Shown here: piece after piece, positions 35,000 through 44,742 of the stretch
Layout of the letters: the number at the start of each line of letters is the position of its first letter
How positions within the stretch are numbered: position 1 is the first letter of the stretch
Source of the DNA: Candidatus Nomurabacteria bacterium
GTDB taxonomy: Bacteria > Patescibacteriota > Minisyncoccia > Phycocordibacterales > UBA918
DNA: 64,000 nt
Direction: 5' to 3'
NCBI GenBank assembly: GCA_020631995.1
Contig: JACKGJ010000001.1
Coordinates: 161,753-225,752, forward strand
Translations under genes and position numbers: made by a program
The notes under the pieces: generated by a model
Database searches by the model: none
What the model saw: the letters and a program-made list of their open reading frames with translations, nothing else
Told to the model about the DNA's origin: nothing

Positions 35000-37618
35000 T
35001 TAAGCGACTCTTTGACCACTAGTTACTCGTGACAAATATTGCGTTAAAGTCTCATTATCATTAGCAGAGACCATCTGATTCTGCTTCTGAAGTGTTTCTC
35101 CCCACTTAGTCACACCCTCAGCACTTAAATTGCGATTAGCCAGCTCTTCCTCTAGATTTGGGCTACTGACCATCTCTTTAAACTGACCAACGGTCATCTG
35201 ATCTGGATTAAGGGCCTCCCAAGTTCCTGTGATATTTGGATTAGTATTTAAGAACAAACGATCAAATAAACCAACCTTAGGATTTTCGACTGAACTTACG
35301 TAACTCTGTACAGCTTCACTGTTATTAGCGGCTGCTTCAGGAATGAAGTTAGCATCACGCACCGGCATATCACCTGGTTGTGGTAATTCCCCACTAAAAG
35401 GGGTGGCCTCCGGCACAGAATTGTCATTGGCAGTTGGGGGCAAATCATCTGTCATTTTGTCAGAATTCTGTAACCAATCAGACACAGTCATGTTTGGATC
35501 AAGCTCTCCTCCTCTACCAGCCAAACTTTGGTACATGTCCCTAAAATCATTTTTGTCGATACCCAATTCTTCCAAACGAGCATCTACTTGGGGATTATTT
35601 TGTGAAATATCAGATGCAATCTTCTCCACCTCCATTATCGTCAGATTATTAAAATCTTTTACCTGACTATATGATTCCATTTGTGGAGTTGAATCCAAGC
35701 TAACTGGCCCACTTTCAGAAAACTGTTCGGTGGTAGGGGCAGGTCCGGAAGGAGTTTCTGACACCTCTGGTGCTGTAATTAAAGATTCACTTGAGCCTGA
35801 AGATTCTTGGTTCATTAGTTCTACTAACTTCTCGTCTAACATTGAAACATTGATGGTTTCGCCTGGATGAATCAGGTGAATGTTGCCACCACTTTTAACC
35901 GCACCCACTTCTTTAGCAAATTCTGGATTTTGGTCGCAATAATCAAAAAGTTTATCAAGCCAGTATCTTCTATCGGCTAAAGACATGTCAGTTACAATTT
36001 CTGACTTTCCGCCGACTGGATTATTGTCTGGACCTTTGCCCTCCATAATATTCCAGGCATTGTCTCCACGTTCTACTGTATGTGTTACAGCTGGCTCAGC
36101 AAAAACATCCTCCTCGTGTTCATAATTTTCATGAGGCTCATGGTCGGGTCCTATATGTTCTTCAGATAAACTTTCTCCACCACTGTCCCTAGGAATAGCT
36201 TCTTCACCCCCACTAGCATGTGGTTTCATCTCAGCGTGATTTGTGGGGTCAGGAGTAGTCTCACTAGGGGCAGTCACTGCATCTTGATTAAAAGACTCCT
36301 TCACATCTGGATACATCTTTTCCGCCACACTTGCGTCACCCATTTGTTGCAACGACTCAGTCTGAGAGACTGCATCGGTTGGAGTATTTGTAACATCAGG
36401 GATTGTACTCTCTGCCCCTAGTCCACCCACAAACCCAGCGGTTGTCATACCAGCACTTGCTCCTGCAATTTTTGAAGCGGTTTTTGATAAATTTGTTCTT
36501 GTCTCCACATCATTCGTTAAATAATCCATTTTCCCATCTTCATCCAAAAAAGATTTCTCGAAAAAATCACTGCCTAGATTAGAAGTGGCATTTATGAGTT
36601 TTTTTCGTCCAGAGGCAATCCAGGTTTTATCTAATATTTTATATGTTCCAATACCTACACCTAGTCCAGCCGCCATACCTGCTATCACCACAGGGAAAGC
36701 GCCACCAGATAGCACAGTTGCCCCTAACGCAATTCCACTCATGGTCTTATACTTATTTCTCTGCAAGACTGCTAGTGATCGACCAACGTTGCTCTCATCC
36801 CAAACCTTATCAATTGTTGTCCCTTGAAGTTCTAGGCGCTTTTTATGAACACCAGTAATTAAGTGTTGAGCTAGCATGCTCTGATAACGCTTATCTACCG
36901 CCTCAGGACCACCGTATTCCTTTGATGATTGAGTAATGGCAGAAGTTTTAATCCTAGGACTGATACTTCCCTTGCGAACATTCAATAAACTCTTTGCCGC
37001 TGAATGATATTCTCGCCTAGCTGTTGTTGATGCGTTTTGAAGAGCCTTCAATTCTCCACTTAATTTAGGTTGAAGTCCAAAAGTTCTACGGACACCTCTC
37101 AACAGCGCTGATTGGGACTCAATGTGTTTTTGATACTTATCATTATATTCTGCCTCCAACTTATGTGCCCGATCCCTTGATTCTTTCCAGCTATCATAAA
37201 CCATCTCATATGCAGCCAAATTTTCTGGTGACGGGTCTCTTTGTGCCTGTCTTCTCATTGCAAGTTCTTTTGCTGAAATAGCGTTCTCGATTACGTTTTT
37301 TTTGTCGTCTTTAGATAAACTGTTTTCTGTTTGAAGTGGCATTTCTTCTGCCTGTTTTGCCAACACTGCATTTCTAGCAGCCCCATACACGACCTTCTGT
37401 GAAGCAATGGCAGGTACGTCACCCTCCTTCACTTTTTCTACCGCCTTATTTAATTTTGAAACGTCATTATCTTTAGAATCGACAGCAAACGCTGGTGTAT
37501 TATCTGCCTTATCTTCTTTAACTATGATCTTTGGGGCATCTCCACTCAAAAACTCCTGATGAGGTTGCTCTGGCACACCTTCAAAATCAAATTTAGGTTC
37601 TTTCCTTTCCTCTAGCAT
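35000..37618 (-). CDS. Large (872 aa) hypothetical membrane protein with central Gly/Ala-rich TM segments and a LysM-like C-terminal region
   Basis: TM stretch GIALGATVLSGGAFPVVIAGMAAGLGVGIGTY and a LysM-like HTVERGDNAWNI..IHPGETINV. The long uninterrupted ORF lies directly downstream of the ATPase gene. Confidence 0.6.
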   Translation of the reverse strand: MLEERKEPKFDFEGVPEQPHQEFLSGDAPKIIVKEDKADNTPAFAVDSKDNDVSKLNKAVEKVKEGDVPAIASQKVVYGAARNAVLAKQAEEMPLQTENSLSKDDKKNVIENAISAKELAMRRQAQRDPSPENLAAYEMVYDSWKESRDRAHKLEAEYNDKYQKHIESQSALLRGVRRTFGLQPKLSGELKALQNASTTARREYHSAAKSLLNVRKGSISPRIKTSAITQSSKEYGGPEAVDKRYQSMLAQHLITGVHKKRLELQGTTIDKVWDESNVGRSLAVLQRNKYKTMSGIALGATVLSGGAFPVVIAGMAAGLGVGIGTYKILDKTWIASGRKKLINATSNLGSDFFEKSFLDEDGKMDYLTNDVETRTNLSKTASKIAGASAGMTTAGFVGGLGAESTIPDVTNTPTDAVSQTESLQQMGDASVAEKMYPDVKESFNQDAVTAPSETTPDPTNHAEMKPHASGGEEAIPRDSGGESLSEEHIGPDHEPHENYEHEEDVFAEPAVTHTVERGDNAWNIMEGKGPDNNPVGGKSEIVTDMSLADRRYWLDKLFDYCDQNPEFAKEVGAVKSGGNIHLIHPGETINVSMLDEKLVELMNQESSGSSESLITAPEVSETPSGPAPTTEQFSESGPVSLDSTPQMESYSQVKDFNNLTIMEVEKIASDISQNNPQVDARLEELGIDKNDFRDMYQSLAGRGGELDPNMTVSDWLQNSDKMTDDLPPTANDNSVPEATPFSGELPQPGDMPVRDANFIPEAAANNSEAVQSYVSSVENPKVGLFDRLFLNTNPNITGTWEALNPDQMTVGQFKEMVSSPNLEEELANRNLSAEGVTKWGETLQKQNQMVSANDNETLTQYLSRVTSGQRVA

Positions 37619-37654
37619 ATGGTAATTAACATAATACCATCCAGCCTCGTCTCG

Positions 37655-40387
37655 TTAGAGGTATCGTGCGGATATCTCCATTTCCACCTGGCGACGAGGA
37701 CGGGCGTGGCGCTGATATGACTGCTCCACTATATTCTTAACTCTTTCTGGATCTACCGCCTCTGGAGGAAGAGTCTTTATATTGAAAGGCTTGACCGGAC
37801 TGCCGTTAGCTAGGATACGTACGAAAGCTTGGCGATTCTCTACATTCATTAAGTCCCGAGAGGTAAACACTGGAGCGAATTGTGACTCTAAAAATTCTGC
37901 ATCGTCGGGACCGACTCGGAAAGAAGCCATAGAACCGACGTTTCCAAAGACAGCATCACGAATTCCTTCGTCCAGCTGTGCAATAAACTGGTGTGCAACT
38001 GTGAGACCAAGCTTGTACTTACGAGCTTCTGACAAAATGGCGGAAATGGAGTCGGTAGAGATATTCTGGAACTCATCCATATGCAGGAAGAACGGAGAAT
38101 AACCCTTGGTGATATCGTCAGCACGAGAAAGCGCCGCCATCAGTATCTTGCCCACAATAATCATACCAATTAGGTTGGCATTGATTTCACCTAAGCGACC
38201 CTTAGAGAGGTTGACCAACAAAATTTTCTTTTCATCCATCAAACGACGGAAGTTAAATGACGAAGTTTGTTGCCCAATTATCGGTCTAATGAAATCGTTG
38301 GCGGTGAATACATCAAATTTAGAGGTGATGTACGGCACGATATTTTCAAGAGACGCTTCTCCACCGGCCTTGGTCGCAATATCATTCCAAAACTGCGCTA
38401 CTACTGGGTTCTTGGTCTTCGAAAGTTTCATCTTTCGATATGACTCATCGGCAAACACTCGTGAAATATCAAGCAGAGTAGAACCACTAGCTGGGTCTTC
38501 GAGCACGAGCAAAGTAGCATTTCTAAAGTATTGTTCAAACATCGGACCCATACTTTCCGGCACAGCACCGTAAAGTTTCTGGAATATTGAAAAGAGTTCA
38601 TTAACCACAAAAGTCTTCTGCTCTGGATGCGACTCATCAAACTCGAGCATATTGAGTCCAAGCACCATATCGGTCCGAGCTGGATCAAAGTAAATGACGT
38701 CATTCTCCCTCTCTGGAGGTACAGCACCAAGCACATCAGCAATATCAGTGCCGTGCGGATCAATCATACATACCCCATGACCCTCTTTGATGTCTTGAAT
38801 GAGCATATTCTTCATCAGGGTCGTCTTTCCAGTACCAGTTTGACCAATGATATAGAAATGGCGCATTCTGTCTTCAAGAGAAATGCGAACCTTAGTCTCA
38901 GTACCACGAAAATCATTAACACCAAGCAAAGTTCCCTCGCTTGGTAAACCACCTGGTGCTGGTGCTGCGGTAGTTTGGTTTTGACGAAGTTGCGGAGAAT
39001 CTTTGGAAGCTGTAAAAGCAGGTAAATGCATTACGGTAGTCATCTCCTCAATACTCCAAATCATTCTCTCTCGCTCATTCCACATACGAAGAGAGAAGTT
39101 TTTTAAGAGTTCAGCCGCTCCACTCCCTACCTGGTCCTTCCAGGTGATACGATTGCCCCGACCGTTTTCGAATTGACCAAAGCCTGACTTAATATCTCCC
39201 AGTATCGCCTTTGCTTCTGCTTCACTCGCGGCTGACGTGACGACCCGTAGCGAAACCGACACCATTGAACTCTTTAGCTTTTTACCAAACTCTTCTAAAA
39301 GAGTTTGGTCGATGGCACCTGCTCGTTCGGCTTTTTTAGCCTTCTCCTTTTCTTCGGCTTCTTTGTTTTTAAAGGCGCCAAATATTTCCTTCACTGCCTT
39401 CGAGGCAATTCCTGCTTCAGTTTTAGCTAGAGAGGCATCCAAACTTTCACCCTTTCTAATGTCTTCGAGTACTCCCTCACCTTTCCTTAAGTAGTCGTCA
39501 CGACGCGGACCAACCACAAACTGCACTGCCGCACCTTCACCCTGCTCATTTATTTTTGAAAAACTATTGAGAATGACGCCGAGTGGATCTACATCAAAAT
39601 CTTGGTATGAAGAAAGTGGATATAGCCAATGTCTCTCCAACTGAGCATAACTAGCAACAGACACTCCTGATTCATTGAAAATGTTGTAGTCGTCTTGGCA
39701 CTCTGAGACAGTGGCGTTTGGGAAAATACCAAGTATTTGTTTCTCAAGCAGTCTTGATTGGTCTCTCGCAATGCCGATATAGAAAACAAAGTCATTGCTA
39801 CCATTTTCATTTGCTATCTCGAAGGTGAAATTGGTACCAGTATTATTTGCTACATTGGCCAACATACCTGAGTAAAATTGCTCCATTCCGGAAACAAGCT
39901 CTTGAAGAGACTTTTCTTTATTTTCCTCACCTGATTCTGGTAGGCGAATCTCATACAGTGACATATGGAGGGGCTTCCATAGAGGATCCTTCTCTGAAAA
40001 ATTCGCTAGTGGTAAGTCGGAAGCGATATAGCGTACAAGGGCACGATGTAGGTCGTCTATTAAGTGAGGGTTTCCCGTCTTCTCAGCGACCAACATTACA
40101 TTCTTGACCCCCTTCAAAGGCAAGAGTGCCAGAAGCGCCTCTATCTGGTCATCGTGAGTCTCCTCCTTGAGTCCCATCGCTGTCATATTCACAAGCCGGT
40201 CTGGCATTTTGCGATCTTCAGGCAAGGCGGCCTGAGTCGGCATCACCCGATAAGTCTCCACGGCCTCCGCTGCTGCATCTTCTTTCGGCATTCCATCACG
40301 CTCGCTCTGCAAGCGCTTCACTTCTTGACGCAACAGTGCAATCTCATCTTCAGGCGCCGGAAATTTTCTTTCTGGTAAAGATTCCAT
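37655..40387 (-). CDS. VirD4/TraG-VirB4-like (FtsK-HerA superfamily) P-loop ATPase, 910 aa, no obvious TM anchor
   Basis: Walker A IIGQTGTGKTTL, IDPHG, Walker B FFLHMDEFQN, then EARKYKLGLTVAHQFIAQL as in T4SS coupling proteins. The 500-aa N-terminal domain is unassigned. Confidence 0.7.
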   Translation of the reverse strand: MESLPERKFPAPEDEIALLRQEVKRLQSERDGMPKEDAAAEAVETYRVMPTQAALPEDRKMPDRLVNMTAMGLKEETHDDQIEALLALLPLKGVKNVMLVAEKTGNPHLIDDLHRALVRYIASDLPLANFSEKDPLWKPLHMSLYEIRLPESGEENKEKSLQELVSGMEQFYSGMLANVANNTGTNFTFEIANENGSNDFVFYIGIARDQSRLLEKQILGIFPNATVSECQDDYNIFNESGVSVASYAQLERHWLYPLSSYQDFDVDPLGVILNSFSKINEQGEGAAVQFVVGPRRDDYLRKGEGVLEDIRKGESLDASLAKTEAGIASKAVKEIFGAFKNKEAEEKEKAKKAERAGAIDQTLLEEFGKKLKSSMVSVSLRVVTSAASEAEAKAILGDIKSGFGQFENGRGNRITWKDQVGSGAAELLKNFSLRMWNERERMIWSIEEMTTVMHLPAFTASKDSPQLRQNQTTAAPAPGGLPSEGTLLGVNDFRGTETKVRISLEDRMRHFYIIGQTGTGKTTLMKNMLIQDIKEGHGVCMIDPHGTDIADVLGAVPPERENDVIYFDPARTDMVLGLNMLEFDESHPEQKTFVVNELFSIFQKLYGAVPESMGPMFEQYFRNATLLVLEDPASGSTLLDISRVFADESYRKMKLSKTKNPVVAQFWNDIATKAGGEASLENIVPYITSKFDVFTANDFIRPIIGQQTSSFNFRRLMDEKKILLVNLSKGRLGEINANLIGMIIVGKILMAALSRADDITKGYSPFFLHMDEFQNISTDSISAILSEARKYKLGLTVAHQFIAQLDEGIRDAVFGNVGSMASFRVGPDDAEFLESQFAPVFTSRDLMNVENRQAFVRILANGSPVKPFNIKTLPPEAVDPERVKNIVEQSYQRHARPRRQVEMEISARYL

Positions 40388-40404
40388 TTAGGAATATTAT
40401 ATCA

Positions 40405-42078
40405 TCAGATAGTTTCGACTATGTCGACAATACGCAATCTCGTCTGCCAACGATTCATAAAAAATGATTCTTCTACGTGCGCCAGAAGATTTAAAGGCTC
40501 ATTAATAGCTGGAGTAACTTGATATTGTTCCGGCTTTGCAAAAAAGGCGATGGCTTCAATTTTGTTGTTTAGCGTTTCAAAAATTAGCTTCAAGTGCTCC
40601 TTGGTTTTACCAAACTGTTCAATCTGCAACGGCTTTACGTTTTTAAAAGCGAACAATGGCTTCTTATTTCCAGCTCCGTATGGTGCAACTGACCGCAATG
40701 TAGATAATAAATCGCGGGTTATATCCTCAAGCGATAAGACCGCATCAATACTAACTTCTTCATTTGCCAAAGCTTTGTCCCCTAAAGAAATGTACGAATC
40801 GTTTAGTGCTTGTCCCAGATGAAAAACCGAGTCCTCTTTGACTGCGAAACCGCCTGAAGCGTGGTGTCCACCGTGTTCCAAGAAATGTTGTTCGGCCCCT
40901 TCCATAATTTTCACCACACTAATCGAAGAACCACTGCGACACGAGCCCTTTATTACACCATTACCATCCCGTCCCCACAGAAACACTGGCCGGTTATGCT
41001 CCTCTGCCAGCCCATTAGCACATAGTCCAACAAGTGCCGGTCGCCACTCCGGGTTTCCCATCACGATAATATCTGGCAAATCAATTATTTCGGACATTCG
41101 TCTCCTTAATTCCTTAGTCATTGAGGCAACCATTCCTTTTCTTTCATTATTTAACTTTTCAAGATGTGTAGCACGAGCTCCGGCACTCCCTTCTTCTTTA
41201 TCAGATAACATCAAGAAGGCATCTTCCGGTGAGTCCATCCGTGAGGCGGCATTAATGCGTGGTGCGATAGTGAAACCGATATCGTCTTCGGTTAAATATC
41301 TTTGGTCGGCTCTGGCTTTGCGAAGCAAATGTTGAAGTCCTGGGCGACGAGACTTGCGCAGGACTTGAAGGCCAAAGTGAGCAAAGACCCGGTTTTCACC
41401 AATAAGTGGCACCATATCACCAATGGTCGCAATACCCACCATATCAAGCCACCATTTTTCATGGCCAGGCTTAACTGCAAAATCTCCTCTAGTGAGCGTG
41501 GCTTCAGCAAGCTTAAAAGCCACAGCTGCTCCACAAATATGTGGGAATGGGTAACTATCTCCAACACGTGGATTCACTATCGCCACAGCTATAGGTAACC
41601 TATCCTTCGGTTCATGGTGGTCCGTGACAATTAAATCCACACCAAGCGAAGTTGCCTTATCAGCCGCCTCCAAATCTGAAGTTCCACAATCTATAGTAAT
41701 GATTAGCTGAACTCCCTCATTGGCTAGTTTTTCGACTGCCATTTCACTTAGACCGAAACCTTCAAAGTGACGATGAGGAATATAGTTAATGAAGTTGTCG
41801 TAGCCAATCGCTTTAAAGAAATCGTGAAGTATCACGGCGCCTGGGATACCGTCACAATCGTAATCAGAATAAATCGCTATCTTTTCTTGATTTTTTATAG
41901 CAAGAAGCAGGCGCTCTACTGCCACTTCCATATCATTAAGTAGAAACGGATCATGACGTCCTTTTTCGTAGTCTGGATTTAAGAAAGATTCTGTGTCTTC
42001 CACCGAAACTCCACGCACTTTAAGCAAATGGTTCAAAAGATTTTCCTCCTTTCGCTCAATCAAAGTGTACTTGGACAT
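40405..42078 (-). CDS. recJ: Single-stranded-DNA-specific exonuclease RecJ
   Basis: DHH motifs (YSDYDCDGI, TIDCGT, VTDHHEP); ATG at 42078 (MSKYTLIERK). Confidence 0.9.
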   Translation of the reverse strand: MSKYTLIERKEENLLNHLLKVRGVSVEDTESFLNPDYEKGRHDPFLLNDMEVAVERLLLAIKNQEKIAIYSDYDCDGIPGAVILHDFFKAIGYDNFINYIPHRHFEGFGLSEMAVEKLANEGVQLIITIDCGTSDLEAADKATSLGVDLIVTDHHEPKDRLPIAVAIVNPRVGDSYPFPHICGAAVAFKLAEATLTRGDFAVKPGHEKWWLDMVGIATIGDMVPLIGENRVFAHFGLQVLRKSRRPGLQHLLRKARADQRYLTEDDIGFTIAPRINAASRMDSPEDAFLMLSDKEEGSAGARATHLEKLNNERKGMVASMTKELRRRMSEIIDLPDIIVMGNPEWRPALVGLCANGLAEEHNRPVFLWGRDGNGVIKGSCRSGSSISVVKIMEGAEQHFLEHGGHHASGGFAVKEDSVFHLGQALNDSYISLGDKALANEEVSIDAVLSLEDITRDLLSTLRSVAPYGAGNKKPLFAFKNVKPLQIEQFGKTKEHLKLIFETLNNKIEAIAFFAKPEQYQVTPAINEPLNLLAHVEESFFMNRWQTRLRIVDIVETI

Positions 42079-42106
42079 AGTCAATATGGTGACTATAATA
42101 ACATTT
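42079..42106. promoter_or_regulatory. 28-bp divergent promoter region with overlapping -10 boxes (recJ / HIT gene)
   Basis: TATAAT on the + strand (42094-42099) ends 7 nt before the HIT ATG. TATAGT on the - strand (complement of 42092-42097) lies 13 nt before the recJ ATG. Confidence 0.5.
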
Positions 42107-42508
42107 ATGACTGATTCTATTTTTTCACAGATTATTGCCCGCGAAATCCCCTCACAATTCGTATATGAAGACGAGGTTTGTGTGGTCATTATGGATAAGT
42201 TCCCGAGTACAAAGGGACAGACTTTAGTTATTCCTAAAAAAGGAGTGGACTATGTCTTTGACCTAGACGACTCTACCTATTCACACATCTTCAGTGTAGC
42301 TAAGAAGATTGCCTTAGCTTCTGATAAAGCACTCCATCCCAAGCGCACCTGCCTGGCCGTCGAAGGTTTTGAAGTTCCTCATACCCATATCAAGATTTAT
42401 CCTGTTTATGACACAAGTCGAGGCCTTGGTCCGTTTCTTTCCAGTGGAGAAATGGCTGATGACACAGAACTAGCCAGTCTCGCAGAACAGATTAAAAAAT
42501 GTCTTTAA
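42107..42508 (+). CDS. HIT-family (histidine triad) nucleotide hydrolase
   Basis: IFSQIIAREIPSQFVYEDE.. and HTHIKIYP histidine triad. Confidence 0.85.
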   Translation: MTDSIFSQIIAREIPSQFVYEDEVCVVIMDKFPSTKGQTLVIPKKGVDYVFDLDDSTYSHIFSVAKKIALASDKALHPKRTCLAVEGFEVPHTHIKIYPVYDTSRGLGPFLSSGEMADDTELASLAEQIKKCL

Positions 42509-42539
42509 AAAATCCGCGACTGATTGTCGCGGATTTTTT
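42507..42539. terminator. Bidirectional terminator (HIT / pgk)
   Basis: AAAAAATCCGCGAC tgatt GTCGCGGATTTTTT. Confidence 0.8.
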
Positions 42540-42542
42540 ATT

Positions 42543-43730
42543 TTATTTTTGATAGTGCAAAACTGCATCAATGGCAGGCAGTGTTCCTTTCTCTAAGAAC
42601 ACGAGCATAGCTCCTCCGGCAGTAGAGAGAAAACCAAAACGATTTTGCAGGCCAAGTGAGCGGATAGCAGCAATGGTGTCACCTCCACCGACTACGCTAT
42701 AAGCAGAGGAAGACGCTAACATCCGCGCCAAGGTTTCAGTACCAAAAGAAAAACCTTTTTCGAAATTACCGAGTGGCCCGTTCCACAAAATCGTCTTAGC
42801 GTCACTAGTTAGCCGTTCCAACTCTTTCAAGGTCTTCGGACCAGCATCATAAATATATTCCTCTGGTAAAACAGCCTGAATACCCACCTCCCTTCTCTTT
42901 ACTCCATCCGTCACCACCACATCACTCGGTACTGAGATGTTCTCTAGCTCTAAAATTGGATTACCAGTTAAATCTACGTCTGACACCAACGACTTTCCTA
43001 TTTCGTAACCTCTGGCTTTTAATATATCGTGGACTAAGGCACCTCCGATAAAAAGCCTGTCGTAAATACGTGCGTAACGAGTGACCAAAGGAAGCTTAGT
43101 TTCAAATTTTGCTCCACCTAGTATAAACACCGCCGGATGTTTCGGTTCCATTACCTTCAAAAGAGCGTCGTATTCACGTATGAAACTAAACCCGAAGTAG
43201 CTCGGCAAATATTTAGGTATCCCAATAATAGAAGTGTGCTCGCGATGTGAGTCAGAAAAGGCATCGTTGATATATAAATCCCCAAGTAATGCAAGTTCCT
43301 TAGCGAACGACTCATCATTGGTTCCCTCGCGTAGGTCTTGGCGCAGGTTTTCCAGAAGAATTGCTTCACCATTTTCTAAATGTGACACTTTCTCACCAGC
43401 ATTACTTATCTCACCTCCCCACCTTATTGGAGTAAGAAGACCAAGTGCCTCACAGACTGGTTTTAAACTCTCATCTTTCTCTCTTCCGATGTGTGCAATA
43501 ACGACAACCTTAGCTCCAGCGTTCTTTAAAAACTCAATCGACTCTACCGCTTGCTCAAGACGGAATGTTTCAGTTACTTTTCCGTTTTCCACCGGAGCAT
43601 TCAAAGAGGCCCGAAGCAAAACCCTTTTTCCTTTTAAGTCTTTAATGCCCTCAATGGAAGGAAGAGTATGTGTGTTGGAGCTTATTTCACTTTTAGTCCT
43701 GAAAAATTTAAACAAATCGAGCATAGTCAT
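42543..43730 (-). CDS. pgk: Phosphoglycerate kinase
   Basis: PGK motifs (RASLNAPV.., GGGDT, STAGGA). Confidence 0.93.
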   Translation of the reverse strand: MTMLDLFKFFRTKSEISSNTHTLPSIEGIKDLKGKRVLLRASLNAPVENGKVTETFRLEQAVESIEFLKNAGAKVVVIAHIGREKDESLKPVCEALGLLTPIRWGGEISNAGEKVSHLENGEAILLENLRQDLREGTNDESFAKELALLGDLYINDAFSDSHREHTSIIGIPKYLPSYFGFSFIREYDALLKVMEPKHPAVFILGGAKFETKLPLVTRYARIYDRLFIGGALVHDILKARGYEIGKSLVSDVDLTGNPILELENISVPSDVVVTDGVKRREVGIQAVLPEEYIYDAGPKTLKELERLTSDAKTILWNGPLGNFEKGFSFGTETLARMLASSSAYSVVGGGDTIAAIRSLGLQNRFGFLSTAGGAMLVFLEKGTLPAIDAVLHYQK

Positions 43731-44490
43731 CAGCTATTTTAATGATTGAAACAAACTCCTTAGCGTCTAAGCTGGCCCCACCTATAAGGAAGCCATCGAC
43801 TGTCCCTACCTTGAGTAACTCCTCAGCATTATCCTCATTCACTGACCCACCGTATATAATTCTGACCATCGAAGCCTTTTCGCGTGGATAGATGTCAGAT
43901 AAAACTTTTTGAATAAACAACTTCATCTCCTCTACCTGAGAGGCGTTTGCATTCTTTCCACTACCAATGGCCCAGACTGGCTCATAGGCAATGATTACCC
44001 GACTCAAGTCCTCAACCTTAACACCCGCAAGGGTGGCACTGAGCTGGTCTTCTACCACATTGAAGTAGTCACCCGTACTATCACGACTTTTTTCACCCAC
44101 ACATATAATTGCTGAGGACTTCACTTCGTGAAGAGCGAGCACTTTCCGATTTATCATTTGGTCGGTCTCACCATCGGCACGTCGTTCGCTATGTCCTACA
44201 ATGGAACACTTCACACCAAAGCTACGTAATTGTGACACTGAAACTTCTCCAGTGTGAGCACCTTCCGGATGAAAAGACACGTCTTGAGAAACAAACTCAA
44301 TTTTTTGGGGACCAGCCATTTCCTTAAGGTCAATAATAAATGGCAAAGGTGGAGCAATAGCTACATCAGACTGGCCTTTTCTTCCCACCAAACCCTTCTG
44401 CACATCCACCCAAATCTTTTCAGCTCTAGCCAAGGTGGCCGGATTCATTTTCCAGTTACCAACAATAAAGGGTCTTACCCGTTTTTTCAT
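43708..44490 (-). CDS. tpiA: Triosephosphate isomerase
   Basis: IVGNWKMN, GHSERR, AYEPVWAIGSG. Confidence 0.93.
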   Translation of the reverse strand: MKKRVRPFIVGNWKMNPATLARAEKIWVDVQKGLVGRKGQSDVAIAPPLPFIIDLKEMAGPQKIEFVSQDVSFHPEGAHTGEVSVSQLRSFGVKCSIVGHSERRADGETDQMINRKVLALHEVKSSAIICVGEKSRDSTGDYFNVVEDQLSATLAGVKVEDLSRVIIAYEPVWAIGSGKNANASQVEEMKLFIQKVLSDIYPREKASMVRIIYGGSVNEDNAEELLKVGTVDGFLIGGASLDAKEFVSIIKIADDYARFV

Positions 44491-44596
44491 AGGAAAATTG
44501 TATCACGCTTTACTGGCAAAATTCCCAAACGACAAAGCTAGGTGCTCATTTTGGAGTTTTGTGCCTCCTTTTTCCTCCTAGCACTGGTTCGCTTTG

Positions 44597-44742
44597 CTCA
44601 CAACGCGTTTCCTGACTCAGGTCAGGACCGGAGGGAACAAGAAACTATTCTTGTTCTGCCCACCTAACGCTTGCTCGTTTCACTCACAACGCGTTTCCTG
44701 ACTCAGGTCAGGACCGGAGGGAACAAGAAACTATTCTTGTTC
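44597..44742. repeat. Tandem duplication (two 60-bp near-identical units, 86-bp period) carrying nested palindromes
   Basis: Positions 44597-44656 and 44683-44742 are identical. Each holds AACGCGTT, CCTGAC tcag GTCAGG and a GAACAAGAA acta TTCTTGTTC hairpin. Confidence 0.85.

Noticed and set aside
44618-44641. SRP (4.5S) RNA-like motif CAGGTCAGGACCGGAGGGAACAAG, with a second copy at 44704-44727. It resembles the conserved helix-8 sequence CAGGUCAGGUCCGGAAGGAAGCAG.
   Set aside because: The flanks cannot form the required helix. GGT has no (A/G)CC partner after the loop, and the closing U-A becomes A.A. The segment instead folds into local palindromes (CCTGAC tcag GTCAGG; GGAGGGAACAAGAA/TTCTTGTTCCCTCC) and is tandemly duplicated. 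It is most likely a chance resemblance; an Infernal scan with the SRP model would settle it.
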